Shown one piece after another: positions 23,466 through 37,130 of a stretch of DNA of 60,000 bases. Below the pieces are notes generated by a model. The model saw only the letters and a program-made list of their open reading frames with translations. It had not been told where the DNA came from and did not search any database. Position numbers and translations under genes: made by a program. Position 1 is the stretch's first letter; each line of letters starts with the position of its first letter. The DNA is from Lytechinus pictus (lineage: Eukaryota): contig NC_087246.1 of assembly GCF_037042905.1 (NCBI RefSeq), positions 10,170,001-10,230,000 on the forward strand. The letters run 5' to 3'.

Positions 23466-26400
23466 CACCTACATCTACATCATGTACAGTGAAAGGCGTA
23501 CAGCCTGGTGGTTTGTCTTTACACACATTCTCATAGTACTTTAACAGGCCAGATAGATCATTTCTCTGATCAACAGGCAGGTGTTTTAATGCCTCGTCCG
23601 TATTTTCTAACATCTCTGAGTTAGACAACTTTACACCACATAGTTTGTTCTTAAATACATCTGTATAAGACAATTCATTATATAGCATTCGTCATAATGT
23701 ACATCTACATGTTTCTCCTCTTCCTTGACCCGTGTTATACCTATTGGCTGTCCAGCCTCTCGCTCAAAGTATTCTTTCAACATGTTTACATGACAAACTC
23801 TTTCCTCAGAACATGCTGTCTGTGACAAGCTTTTCAATTCTGGGTCTGCCTCTTGTGCCTGTACAAGGGAGGATTTATATTATAAACAAACCATCATTGT
23901 AAGCAACAGAGCCTTCAACACTATCCCCATTCAAATCCTTGAAAAAGGTTTCAGCTAACCAGATATTAGTACTGTCCTCTACATCAGCAGAATCCGCATC
24001 ATCCATTTCAGCTCTACGAGTCCGAGACCTAGTGACAACACAATCCGGAAAAATCCCTGGGAAATCTTCCTGCAACAATTCAGTTTCAGCTACCTCAACC
24101 GGCTTCTCCGAAACCACTGGAGATGCAACAACTCTATCTCCAGCCAAGTCGTTACCTAACAAGAAATCAACCCCTTTCATGGGTAATTCTGGAACGACAC
24201 CAACAGTCACAGGACCACAAACTAGGTCACACCTTAAGTCGACCTTTATGCAAAGGATCCGACATGTAATTTGGGCCAATACCTTGACTTAAGACTTTGT
24301 CCTTCTCTGAAATCTCCGGAGGAAGAGCCAACTCCCCTGGCACCATCAGGTACTGTGCAGCCCCTGTATCCCTAAGGATCACCAATGACTTACCAGCAGC
24401 ACCTTCCAAACAAGGGAATACCTCACCATCATACAAGAAGCTTCTAAAGCTTTCATCAACCTGCTTGACCTTATCAGCAAATACTAGAGAAGCACTCTCA
24501 ACGTGCTCTGATGGGACAAACTCCATCGAGGGAACACTTGTTTGCTTGGCAAAACCCATGTCTTTCTTAAATTTGGTTGGCATTCCAACCAATTTCCAAC
24601 ATGATTCTTTGAAATGTCCCGATTTATGACAATGAGTACAAACTTTGGAACTACGACTCTCAGACCTTTTGGTTGATTCTGTGCCCTCACAAGCCTGATT
24701 CTTGTTAGTGTCTTTGTCCTTGCCAGCATATTTTTCCCTCACCGGGTTTATTGTGGGATTCAAATGACCCTTTACCTTTCTTCTTCCAATAATTTTTTAA
24801 AGGAAGCCTACCTCCACTACCATTATGTGTGACCTCAAACTCATCAGCTACTATGGATGCTTTACTGACTTCAGTAACTCCCTGGTCATCTAAGTGAGAT
24901 TTAATGCCAAAAGGAAGACTCTGTTTGAATTCTTCTAGCACAACTTCATAAGGTTAACAAACTCTTTTGTCAATTTTTAGTGATCTGTACCACTTATCGA
25001 ACATCATTTCTTGTTCCCTAGCAAATTCAACATAAGTCTGGCCTGATTGTCTTTGCATGTTCCTAAATTTATGTATGTTCTGTTACCAACTCATATGCAT
25101 TGAGAAATGTTTCTTTCACTGTAGCATAGTCACATGATTGCATTTCAGAGAGCGAAGAATATACTTTTTTAGCCTTTCCAACAAAAACACTTTGGAGGAG
25201 AAGAATCCAATATTGCCCAAGCCAAATTCAAATGACACAAAATATGTATCAACTCCCTCTTCCTCAAATTTTGGCACAAGGCGAATGTTCTTCTCCACAT
25301 CAAAGCCTTGGGGAGATTTATCTTTAGCAGAGTTAGTATTTGCATAAGCTAACTCCATTTCTTTCAACTTTAACTGGTAATCCAATCTAATTTTCTCTAT
25401 TTCAATGTTTTCTCTGATTCTTTCCTTTTTCAAGCTTCATTTTCTCCATTTCAATGTTTTCTTTGATTTTCTATTTCTCAACATTCTCTTTCATTTTCAT
25501 TTCAAACTTTGCCAGTTGAATCTGAGTATCGTCTGAAATAATGACAGAAGTTTCAAACTCTTCTGTAAGCTTCATGTGGCTTGCTAACAAGTCAATTACG
25601 CTGCCTTCTTTAAATATGGGGCTACAGATACACCCAAATGATCACAAACTGCTATCAAATCATCCCTTTTCAGTGGCTTCAAATGATCATATGATAATTC
25701 TGTCATTGCGAGAAATTCTTCAACATAAAATGCAGCCATGGTGGAATATACAGAAATACAAGGAAGTGATAACACACTATATTCTAGAACTTTCCAAAAA
25801 ATTTCAAAAATGAGTTTCAGTTTAAATTGACTTTCGTTTCAAATAAGCATTCATTTCAAATTGGCTTTTTGTGCAAATTGGCTTTCGTTTCACGGAAAAG
25901 CCCCCAAAATTATTTGTTACGATATTGAATACCGAACAAAGAACAAAGAAAAATTTGATTACATTATTTTCACTTTTTAATTAAAAAATCATTTACACAG
26001 AATAAACAAAACAAAATAATTTCCCGGTCATATCATGGTATGAACAGGCATAATGGTGTAATGAGGCGACGATTTTGAGAGGGCCAGACATTGCGTATCA
26101 GGCAGAATTTATCTTTTAAAAAAAAGATGCGAGCGAGCAAAAATGTTGACATTTTTAATACAAAAATCCAATTTTGTGATAGATTTGACATGATATCCAG
26201 AGAATAATATATTTCACTCTTCTCTCTTTCCATTCCTTTTTCGTGGTCTGTATGCCACTGTGAACATGATTCTTTGCGGCAGTAGCGTGAAGAGTAAAAA
26301 AAACGAGAGGCGCAGTATGGCGCATGTGCTAAAACGCTGCTTAATATAAGTCCCGAACGAGCGAAGCGAGCGAGAATAAAAATCACAATTTCATGAGAAT

Positions 26401-29011
26401 TCAACTTTGAGATATTTTTTGACATCATATTCAGTAAATAAAATCATATCCTACACTTTTCCTTTGCTTTATTTTCCTACCTTTTTTCATTGGTTGTAGA
26501 ACTTTTGGGGACCATGGCCCAACCCTTTCATACTCATATGCGGCAGTGCTATGCGGTTGGGGCTCGTCTGGAGCCCCCGGAACTTCTTGATATCAAAGCC
26601 ATTTAAACCTCGCTGATTGCCGCTATTTTTAATCAATTCGCTGGTATATAAAGAATATAGCTTTTACACAACACATTTATTCAACCAAGTTGAACCAAAT
26701 ATTTTGAGGGGGCAAAACATAGCAATGTGGGAAAATTTGTAAAAAGTCGCCAGCGAGCAAAGCGAGCTGGAAAAAATGCCTATTGAAATTAAATTTTGAT
26801 TATGTGATAGATATCCATTATATTCAGCAAATAACACGTTCTACGTATTGTTTCCATTCATTTCATTATACGTTGTCTCCTATAATTTCTTTTATTTCCT
26901 CTTGGGTGTGGAACCAAGACACCCCCCGCGCGCCTGTACGCCAGCGATTGAACGTAAAGCTTAATGTAGGAAGGGTCCCTAGAGGGGGCGTTATAGAGCC
27001 ATTTGAAGGTTATAGATGAAGAGCCCCTACTGCGTGGGGTCTGGGGCAAAGCCCCGGTATATTAGCTTATTTGCATAAAATTTAGCAAGCTTATCATGCT
27101 TATAGCACAATGTTGTATGCAGTTCATCTTTCTCCCCGCTCCTTATTTTCTATCCTCGGCAGCCCGGTCATGTTATTTTATTTTGTTCTTCTTCGTTCTC
27201 TTCTCACCTTTCCCTTTCCTTTTCCCTTTCCTTTTCCTCCTTTCCTTTTCCCCTTTCCTTTCCCTTTCTTTCTTTCTCCCTCCCTTTTCTCTTTTCCCCG
27301 TTTTTTTATTTTCCCGGTGAAATCCGCCAGGGGGGCAGCTTGCCCCCCCCCCCGCCTGTTACGCCACTGGGTTTTCTTGATCTAAGTATTCGGAATAAAA
27401 ATAAAATATGCTTTTATTAAGAATATATAGCCCAATACTGAAAATTAAACTCACCGTAGGTGTCCTTTCTTTATAACGTCTTTGAAAATGACAGGAAAAT
27501 GTAGTCAGTCACCCAACACGACTACGATATGATCGTCGATCTAGAATTTGTATAATGCAAGTAATGACAATTCACAGAGCGATACTCGCTATTTACAAGC
27601 TTTTTAGTGGTACAATCGGTTTCTTCATAAAAAGCAAACAATAATAGTAATAAAAGAACAATAGTAATGATTTGGAACGCTAAGAGGCAGTCAAGTATGA
27701 CTTGTTTGCATGAAATGCAAAACGAAAATACAATATAGCAAAGAGCATTATTAACCACCTAGGGTGGGATCACTGGCGTAAATCCGGTCCGAGTCGTGGG
27801 GGGGGGGGGATGAAAGCAATATATTTACCTGAAAATTAAAACTTTGGGGAACACCCCCACACCTATAAGGTTATGTATACGGGGGTATATGACCGTGTAC
27901 ATAATCCTATTATCATTAAGTTGAGGCATCTAAGGATTTTTTAAATGGCTATAATAATGAATTTGTTGTGTTATAAACTACTGAACTACAGTTAAATCCA
28001 AATGCGAGCGAGCGAAGTGAGCGAGCAAATTTTCAGTAGTTGGAAGACATGATGAAACAAATCGTCTTTCATTTAGGTGTGACTATTGGATAATGTGGCA
28101 AATGAGTATAGCGAGCGGGCAAATTTTCAGTAGGTGCATGGAAGAAAGAATATTGCCACAAAACCTCTTTCAAGTGGTATGTAATTACCACATCACGGGC
28201 CATATGTACAGGGGTATATATTAACTGCGTGCATGATACTACCATCTTTCACTCGAAGGACTATCGCAATAGCAATGATGGTTATATTGTAATGGAATTG
28301 TTGTAACGTAAACCACTGGATTACAGTCAGTATCCAAATGCGAGCGAGCGAAGCGAGCAAATTTTCCATAGTTGGAAGAAACAGAATGATTATCAAATCG
28401 TCTTTCAAGGGAGTGTAATTATGGGAGAAATTGTGGCGCGGTGAGCGTAGTCAGCGAGCATTAAAAATTTTGCTTCAGTCGTTTTAAATAATATGCATTA
28501 CAGAGGATGATAATGGTATATTGTCAATAAAGTAGACTTTAGAAGGATATGAACAAGATATATATAAAACGAGCAAACAGGGATTTAAGAAATCGAGTAT
28601 TTTTCAATGAAAACTCATTTGCTCACTGGTCTAAGGTGAGATGAGAATGGAAACAAAAATAGGATCATGATTATCAGGAAAAGAATGCCATGTGAAATGA
28701 TCATAGGCCGTCACAGGCCACAATACAAATTTTTCAAAAACTTGAAAATATCATAGTGATGAGTATGAAAATGAAAAATTTCGAAATTGAAGCATACGGT
28801 AGGCCAAATATTTTTCGTACGAAATCCCACTTTCACAAAGATACCAGATGACGCCTCTCATATTCACGAAAGTGTATTTGAAGCATGTTTAATTCGTTTA
28901 TGATAAAAGTTATAATCATATTTGAAATTCATTGGAATCACATATTCATAAATATAACTAAACTCCCATGATGTAGTGGATATAACCTTTAGTCAGGTCC
29001 AGATTTGAGAA

Positions 29012-30225
29012 AAGTAGACTGCCTTAGGCAAATCGTGTTAATGCTGAATTAAGAAGTGTTTTAACATAATTTGAGGGCGCTGAGTCCAAATTTGCTGTTT
29101 GCCAACCTAGATTTTGATGTTAAAATCCTCAAATTGGCAAAAAAATATGGCCGCCATTCTACACCCTTTTTTGCTCTATTCTGAACCCCAAAACTTGTAA
29201 CAAAAATGTTTGTCAACGGTTTTTGGTACTATTTGATCTTAGGGATAATATACTAAAAATCTACCAAAATCCGGATCCGGGAAAGTGGTTATTTTTAAGA
29301 TGGCGTCTAAGATGGCTGCCATTAAATGAAAATTAAAATAACCGACACTTTATGTACCCTAGACATCTTTTTCGGTGCATACATGTATTCAATGGTGTAG
29401 GGGTGAAAGAAAAGAGTGAACATAAGCACTCCAGGATACCTGAAAATCCAAGATTGCGTAAAAGTGGCTGCCATGGCCTAAAATTCACAATTCATCTACA
29501 TGATCTATATACCTATTTTAGTGTCTTTTATTTAGGTTTTATTCATTGGTGATTTCAAGGGTCAAGAAGTAAACTGGGACAAGTTACAAGGACAGTCAAC
29601 GGTCCACTATGTCCAAAAATCCAAGATGGCTTTCAAAATTGGAGTCTAAAATAGTGGTTGTTATCTAAAAACCCTATAAAACCCGACATAGTTTGTTTAA
29701 CCTCGGTTAAGATTTGATGTTGACTTCGCCGCAGCCATGGTCATCGCCGCCGTCGGAAAAGCAATGTCCATGTCTTGCTTCTGCTATGCAGGCGAGGAAA
29801 AATGGCGGACACGTTAAATATATTACTATGTGATTACGCCAGCATCGCCCCCAAATTATCAAACATTCAGTCATATAATTATCAATCAGCAGCTGTGAAT
29901 CATGGCAGCCATCTTGGAATTAAAGATGCATGCTAACGAATCAATCGGACATATTATGTTTGCAACCCTGGGTATCAAAAATAATGCATAGACCCCAATT
30001 TCTGAAATATAATCACCCATAAAAATCGTTTAATATGAGAAACTGTATTCAAAATGCCCCCATTTTGTTTTTTGCCGATTTGAGGATAAAAACGTCGGAA
30101 TCAAGTTTGGCAAACATAATTTTTTTATTCAGCACCCCTGAATTACCATAAAACAATTGATAAATCAGCATTAACACAAAATGCCTAAAGCACTTTCTGA
30201 ACACATTTTTAAAAATCGACTACTT
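29012..30225. mobile_element. Non-autonomous DNA transposon with long imperfect TIRs
   Basis: gccttaggcaaatcgtgttaatgctgaatt (29021) inverts with aatcagcattaacacaaaatgcctaaagc (30163). Repeated caagatggc motifs, and a HINE-like 3' hairpin fragment at about 29710-29800. Confidence 0.5.
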
Positions 30226-30639
30226 TGCAATAAGCTAAACGTAGGGATTTGTCACGGCAAAATTTTTGTATTAAAAAACCGCACGAGAAATTTTGCATTT
30301 TTAGAATGTATGTATCTTTATATATATATATACATACATTGCATTTTTAGAATGCAAAATTAGTCAAATTCAAGTACTTTGAATGCATTTAAAGATGAAT
30401 CCACACATTAACAGTTGTGTTAACCTTTTGATGATTAAAAAATATTTTTGTTATCTTGAAAAGTGGGGGATGATTGTACATGCCATTAAAGTGCATGGGG
30501 ATGTACTCCCCCCCCCCGGGATTTACGCCCGTGGGTGGGATAAAAAATGATGTAAATGTAGATAGTTGCATAGAATAACGGCCTACATTAGTTTCAAGTT
30601 TATCCATTCTACGAAACATATACATTATCAATTAAGTAA

Positions 30640-30736
30640 CAATGAATTAACAATAATTAAAATGCAGAACTCAGGTGATCTATTAAAAAGCACAGCTTGC
30701 AAGACATCGATCACATTTGAAACATAATATACAGTG

Positions 30737-30792
<56 letters not shown>

Positions 30793-31742
30793 GTAAGTGA
30801 ACAGAATAGGAGAGAAGAAAGTGTAGAGGGCAGAAGTTTAAGGAATAGAATTTAAAAAAAACGGCAGAGTGAGGAGGTATATCGAAAAGATGATAGTGGA
30901 GATGGGAGAGGAGAGCCTAGAGAAAAAAGAGTGAGGAGTGAGGAAGGGGAGATTACAACATACATGACATACCTAATTCAAAAACGCACACTCGCACATG
31001 CGCAATTATGCATATGAGCTCCTAAGGAAGGTAATCATAAACATGAGAAATTAAAATAACATTAAAAACTACATAGAATATTATTGGCAAGACAAAGAGA
31101 CATACACACAAAACACACAAATTCACGTACAGTTCAATTAAAAAGTTGTAGAAAAGTTAAATTTACAGTACATATCCTGGTAGCAAGGAGGACTTGTACT
31201 TCACCTTAAATGTTGATGATTTACCGGTAGATGCAATATCAGAATAATGACATTCCAAATACGGGGGCCACTGTGACGAATAAAATTCAAGTTAAGTACG
31301 TTTGTTGCTTCAAAATAGTGGAATTTCTGAGAGGATCGGGTACTATTAGCATGAAAATGTGAGTTAAACTCAAACAGTCCATGGATATTCATAGGGAGTA
31401 AATTATTATTAAATTATAGGATTGCAGTTTGCAGTTTGTGAATATCATATACAGTTAGTCTTAAAATGGTTGAAAAATGAAAGAGATGTTGCTTGATAGT
31501 GAGAGAATGAGGAAATTCTTAATGCATTTGTTCTGCAGAAGGTGAATTGGCTTTAGCTTATGATGAGAAGTATTTGCCCAAATCAAATTGCAATAATTGA
31601 GATAGGGTAATATAAGTGAATTATAGAACTTAAATAATTCTTCTCCGGAAAAACAGCGCGCAATTTATACAGGATACCTATACTTTTAGAAACCGTATTA
31701 CAGATTTTCATGCGATGTTCAGAAAAGGTTAAATGCTCATGT
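30640..31742 (-). mobile_element. CR1/L2-type LINE 3' remnant
   Basis: Minus-strand translation gives KICNTVSKSIGILYKLR...YNSLILPYLNYCNLIWANT...LLQNK...GPRIWN, followed by a pyrimidine-rich 3' UTR. Confidence 0.7.
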
Positions 31743-34700
31743 GCCGGCCGCAGGAAACGTCACGCCCGTGCTCGCAAACACCCTAGGGCACTTTTGCGTC
31801 TACCCCGAGGGTATTCGAGGGGAGAGGACGGGGGTGTCTGCCCGCACCCTCAATCGCCCGCGTCCCAATAATATTGGCTGCGCCAGCATTTACCCTAGGG
31901 CACACTAGCATTATGTTTACATGTTTACTTGTGATAGACCATTATGTTTTCAAAACTAGCGTGATCGGAAAATGTTGTAGATTCTATTTTGAACTTTAAA
32001 CATATAGAGGTTTTTCTTTTCTCTCATTCTTTCCTTCATTCTTTAGTTTCTTTCCCCCCTTTCATTTCTTTTCCCTTATTCTTTCTTTCCCCTCCGTCCT
32101 TCCCGTTTCTCTTCTCTCTTTGTTTCTTTAAAAAATAAAGAAAACATTTTTTTATGTTGTATGAAATAATTGTGATTTAATGTAATGGAGTCAACGATCC
32201 ATTCTTTACCTTTTTAGATAAGTTATACGTACCCAGCCCCCTCCCTTTAGTGTTAACTATACACCTACAATCTCATCTCCTATTATGATCAGTGTGAGAT
32301 TTTTCTAGATAACATATCGAAATAGTCTTAGTTAAGTTTTAACGGGGACACAGGGTGGAAAGAAGAAAGGCATATTAACCATGTTAACAAATAACAAAAC
32401 AAAAAATGAGAAGATTTGATTTTTTTTTTAATGTTAACAGAAGTCCACACATCACCAGTTGAATACATTTCATATCAATAAAGGAAACACTTATGACAAA
32501 CTTAAGATAAAACAGAATTATGAGAATTATGGGCATTTGTGAATTCACATTATGTGAAAACGTGCAATCAATTGGGACCATCAATTCTTTGATAAAACAG
32601 TTATTTAAAAACCTAGTGAGGGGAATGAAACTACTTGACCAAGATCATACAAAGTAGACGTGCCACAAAGCGAACACCTGCAAAACTGGCTGTACTCACC
32701 GATTTTTTGTTGTTTTATTATTTTGTTATTGTTAACAGTCCGGGATAGTCTTGCTCCTCGTTCACCCACCCATCTCCTTTGATCACATCTGCCTCCCAAA
32801 TCATGACAGGATGTTCTTAGAAATGGAGGGGGTCATCAATTTGTTGATGGGTTAACAACAATAAATAAGGATATTCTTTTCATTAAAGTTCAAATGGGGT
32901 CTCTAACAACCCCTCCCTTTGAAACCTTTAAAAAGAAAATAGGCAAGGGAAGAGAGAGAATTAAAAGAAATAGAAGAAAGGGAATATAAAAATGGAGAAG
33001 GAAACGATAGGTAGGGATCGAGACAAGAAAAGAAAGGGAAGAAAGGAAATGGAGAGGGGTGAACAATGGAGGAGGATACATGAGAGGGAAAATGGGAACG
33101 GGTGAAAGGATATGAAGGGAAAGAGAGATAAAGTAAAGATTGAAAAGAGAGAAAAATAAGTAGAAGAAAGAAAAGGGAAAGGGGAAGAAAATAAAGGTTA
33201 AAAGGAGAAAGAGAGAGAGAAGATCAAGAATGGAAAGGAACGAATATAAAGCATAGAAAGAATAGCTTGAGAGAGAAAGTAAACCTATAAGTAAATCCTA
33301 TTAGATGTTAATGTTTCTGACGCTATTTTCATAACAGAACATAAAGAGGAAGGGAGTGGGGATGGCAATAATGATCATTTATATTTCTTGGTATGGTATT
33401 CATTAGGTCTGTTTTTCATAAATTTTCCATACGGTATTAATTACTCCAATTTCGTTGTAAATAAACTAGAACATTTTGGATTAGTCTTAACGGGGGAACA
33501 ATAACATGCATGGATGTATACCAAATGGTAATTTAATAATATATCCCTATAGCTATGGATTGTGTTTCTATAGAAATGTCAACTTTTGTATAATTATGGA
33601 ACCTCAATTGAAAGGAGTGATGTGGATTTGACGAAATGAGAGGGGAGCTCAATGATTAAAAAAAATAATAAAACCAAGTTACAGCTTGTTATAATATAGA
33701 AGACAGCGTTTTGCGGCAGATCGAAATATGATAACTTTTGAACATTTTCTTGATATATTTCCTTTCAACGTTTAAACGTATAGCATGTGTTTTCGAAAGC
33801 TCCTATAACGAATGGGTACTTAATGCAACTCGTTAATTATCACTTGCCGACAAAGTAAGAATGGAGTTATACAATCAATTCTTTTCTTTTGTTAAGAGTT
33901 TTGGGGCTGCTCAAGCCCAGGCAAACTATCAAACCATGGACCTATTCATAGGTCCATAATTAAACCTAACCATTAATTCTTTGCGGGGAACAAAGGAGTT
34001 AGTCAAGCCAAGATCAAGTACGACCGCCCCATTCCGGCACACCCCGAGTCGAAATACCCCCTGTCAATCATCATGCGTGTGCCTGAGTAAAATAAAATTT
34101 ATAGCTAAATAATGCATCACTATCGGCTATATTGTGTATATACCTGTTTGATTATGTAATTATGAAACAACCGTTTCTTGTATTCTAAGGATATATGTAA
34201 AATATATATTTTCACAAGGCTATGCATGGCATTACATGTTGGAAAGAGAGAAAAAAATAGTTTGAGAGAGAAACTAAACGAGAAATGAAAAGAAAATTTG
34301 ATGACGAGAGGCGCATATAAAATGACGTCCAATGATGAAGATCGGGAAGAGATGAGACCTCCGGACAGGTAGCGCCAACATCGACAAATGTCAGAAACTC
34401 ATTTACGATCACGATCAACGATGCCAATGAATGAAATAACGGACGACCACGGGAAAAAAATATTAATTGGAAAAGGGCCCTTTACGCCGATGTCAGTGTG
34501 TATTTGGTGAAAAAAAATGAAATCCCAGTTATCACCCCAAAAGTCTTTTAATCTTTATCAGAAATTTTATCCACAGTGAATGTTGAGAAAAAAACGGCCT
34601 TGAAAAACTATGCTTGATATGGGATTAAAATCACATATAGTTTTGAACGAATGTGTCAATTCAGACCTACTGCTTCGACTGAGAATGCACAGGTGAATAC

Positions 34701-36699
34701 CCTAGGGAAAACACCCTAGAGCACATACACCCTAGGGTATCAACCGCAGGCATATGCCCTCGTCCGCTCCCCTCAAATGCCCGCTACGGGCTCCCGCGTT
34801 CACCCTAGGGCGCTCAATTGTTTACCGTCCATGTATATATAGCCTCTTGTCGAGGCCCTGTCGGCTGCTTTCATAGCGAACATGGCAAAGCACGGGAGAG
34901 AGCGAAGCAGAGCGCCGCGAGCTGTCGCATTATGTAACTCATGCACGTAGGTTCTTAAAGTGCATAACTTACAAGACTAAATTATCAAAATGTTATTCTG
35001 GGCAAGGGTACGAGGAATTCATTTGTCAATTTGTCGATCCGATTTGTCATATTTTCATTTTCAGATAATAAACAAAACAACAAACTACATAGTACACAAA
35101 GCAGAATAAACGTCAAAATAGATAGTCCAGTTACAAATAATATACAAAAGTGATCGATGAATAAATAATTCGTAGTTTCAAAACACATTTTGATTGAAAA
35201 TTACAAATCAAAGGTAACATATGAAAATGAGGGACTTATTAAAAAGCAAAGCTTGTATTGGTAAGCCCCTCTGGAAATAAATTGTATTTTTAACCATAGG
35301 CAATTAAAAGTAGAGTAAGGTAAAATGGTCAAATATAACGAAGAGCAATATGGGTTTTTGATAACAAACAAAGAGAAAAGGAAAGAAACAAATATGAGGT
35401 CAAGATAAAAACAGTAACATCACAAATAAAAAAAAGAAAAGAAGGAAGTGGTAAAACAGGGGAAAACGAATACCGTCTTCATCTAAAATGGGAAATAGAA
35501 AAAGGACAGAGAGTCAAAGTATCGTGCCAAATAGAGAATTTGCATGTATTATGGAAGATATTCTTGAATAAATGAAAGTTTTTATGTTTTTTTAATGGAT
35601 GTACGTTGTTCTTATGTTTAAGGCTTTGGTGGATACCTTTCCAGTATAAATAATAGTTTTTTTTGTAGTTCTAGTTAGAGGGGTGATATTGTTATTATTT
35701 TGAATAGGCAAAGTAGTCAGTTTTGACTATTGTTGCCTTGTTAATTTGCTTTCCATTTTTTCCGAAAACAGAATAATTTCTTTGTTGAATCTATATCAGT
35801 TAGAAAAAGTAAAGGAAAACAGAGGAAAGAAAAGTTCTTTGGAAATCGTGCAAGACCACCTCTCCTGCCCTGTATAGCACGTTATACTGACAAGCCCACT
35901 CGAGATGCATTTCGTGGGCGCTTCAGGAGTACAACAAAATTGTATTCCCTATGTCCCTCAAACGTGATCAGGGGGCGCACTATCCGATACCTCGTAGAAC
36001 TTCACTTGGAATTCCGCAAGTGAATTTATGTAAAATCAGATCAACATTTAAAAAAACTTATAGTAGAGTAAATACCGACATTCAAGGTAAAGTGAAAGTG
36101 ACAAGAAAGGTGCACACATAGACTAATAAGGTGAAAACATCATCGATTACATCATAAACAATAACCCCAAAAATATGAATGTACACCTTGATCAGAAAAG
36201 TGTTATGGTCACTAAATATAATGATTTGCTACAATTTAGTTCTTTTTAAGCTTGTTTACACCCTGTTGTAATGTTTGCCATCTTGCTAACCAATTTGAAA
36301 TCTATGAGTCCTTTTGAAATATCTGATAAGTGCACTTTGTGTCTTTACTGCGAGATTCTCCACTTTACGTTCCGCATCAGAGATATTGTTAACATTTAAT
36401 TCAGCAAGTAACAGGGCTCGTTAATAATAAATCTAGGGCAAACATATAAGAAGTGGTATATCGTTTCTCTCTCATTACAGAAATCACGCTTTCCAGTTGT
36501 GTGTCTTCCCGTCTTAAAAAGGAAATTGATTCGAATAGTTTGTCTTGTAGGGTATGTCAGTGTTTTAGGAAAGAGTGAAGAACTGGCAAAAGTTTTTTTT
36601 TATAGCTGGAACATGAAAGTTCCAATAATTAAGAGGTAGAGATCATGTAATTTTAGCATTTTATCTAAACAACGGGTTTGTATGAGAACAGTAAAAAGG

Positions 36700-37130
36700 A
36701 CATCGAGACATCAATTCGGCTCCCCTAGGTTTGAACATCAATTTGGCGCCCCCCTCGGGTGAACATCATTTCGGCACACACCCCCATCTCCTACGTTGAA
36801 CATCAATTCGGTGCCCCTAGGTCGGATATCAATTCGGCGCCCCTGGGTTGAACATAAATTCGGCGCCCCCCTCTGTTGAGCATCATTTCGGCGCCCACCC
36901 TATCTCCTACGTTGAACATCGATACGATGCCCCTAAGTAAAACATCAATTCGGCGCCTCCCTTGGTCGAACATCAATTGGGTGCCCCTAAGTAAAACATC
37001 AATTCGCCGCCTCCCTTGGTCGGACGTAAATTCAGTGCCCCCCCCCCCCCCCATGTTGAACATCAATTCGGCGCCCCTATGTCGGACATCTATTCTGCGC
37101 CCTTAGGTCGAACATTAATTTGGCGTCCCC
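36700..37130 (+). repeat. Minisatellite, ~30-40-bp units with core aacatcaattcggcgcccc
   Basis: About 12 degenerate tandem units, followed by a MITE-like pyrimidine tract and end at about 37290. Confidence 0.8.

Larger units (their letters stand above)
19330..25915 (-). mobile_element. Decayed Ty3/Gypsy LTR retrotransposon (gag-PR-[IN remnant]-RT-RH; Gmr1-like order)
   Basis: Gag (NIRLVPKFEE, LEEFKQSLP, CCHC knuckle CTHCHKSGHFKESC), protease (LRDTGA, LLGNDL), RT (VPKPDGSQRFCIDYRKVN, IDLLKGYWQ, PFGMKNAPATFQR) and RNase H (AIDACDVGVGA, YSTIEKEAL, TNHNPL). Degenerate tRNA-Pro-type PBS tgggggcttttccg at about 25893-25906 next to an LTR-end-like TAACA at 25915. Many frameshifts. Confidence 0.9.

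Noticed and set aside
26558..26575. Second primer-binding-site-like motif (tggggctcgtctgg)
   Set aside because: Opposite orientation to the Gypsy element and embedded in MITE-like sequence with no adjacent LTR end.
36700..37130. CRISPR-like repeat/spacer appearance
   Set aside because: Repeats are degenerate, the intervening segments are short and similar to each other, there are no cas genes, and the context is eukaryotic. It is a minisatellite.
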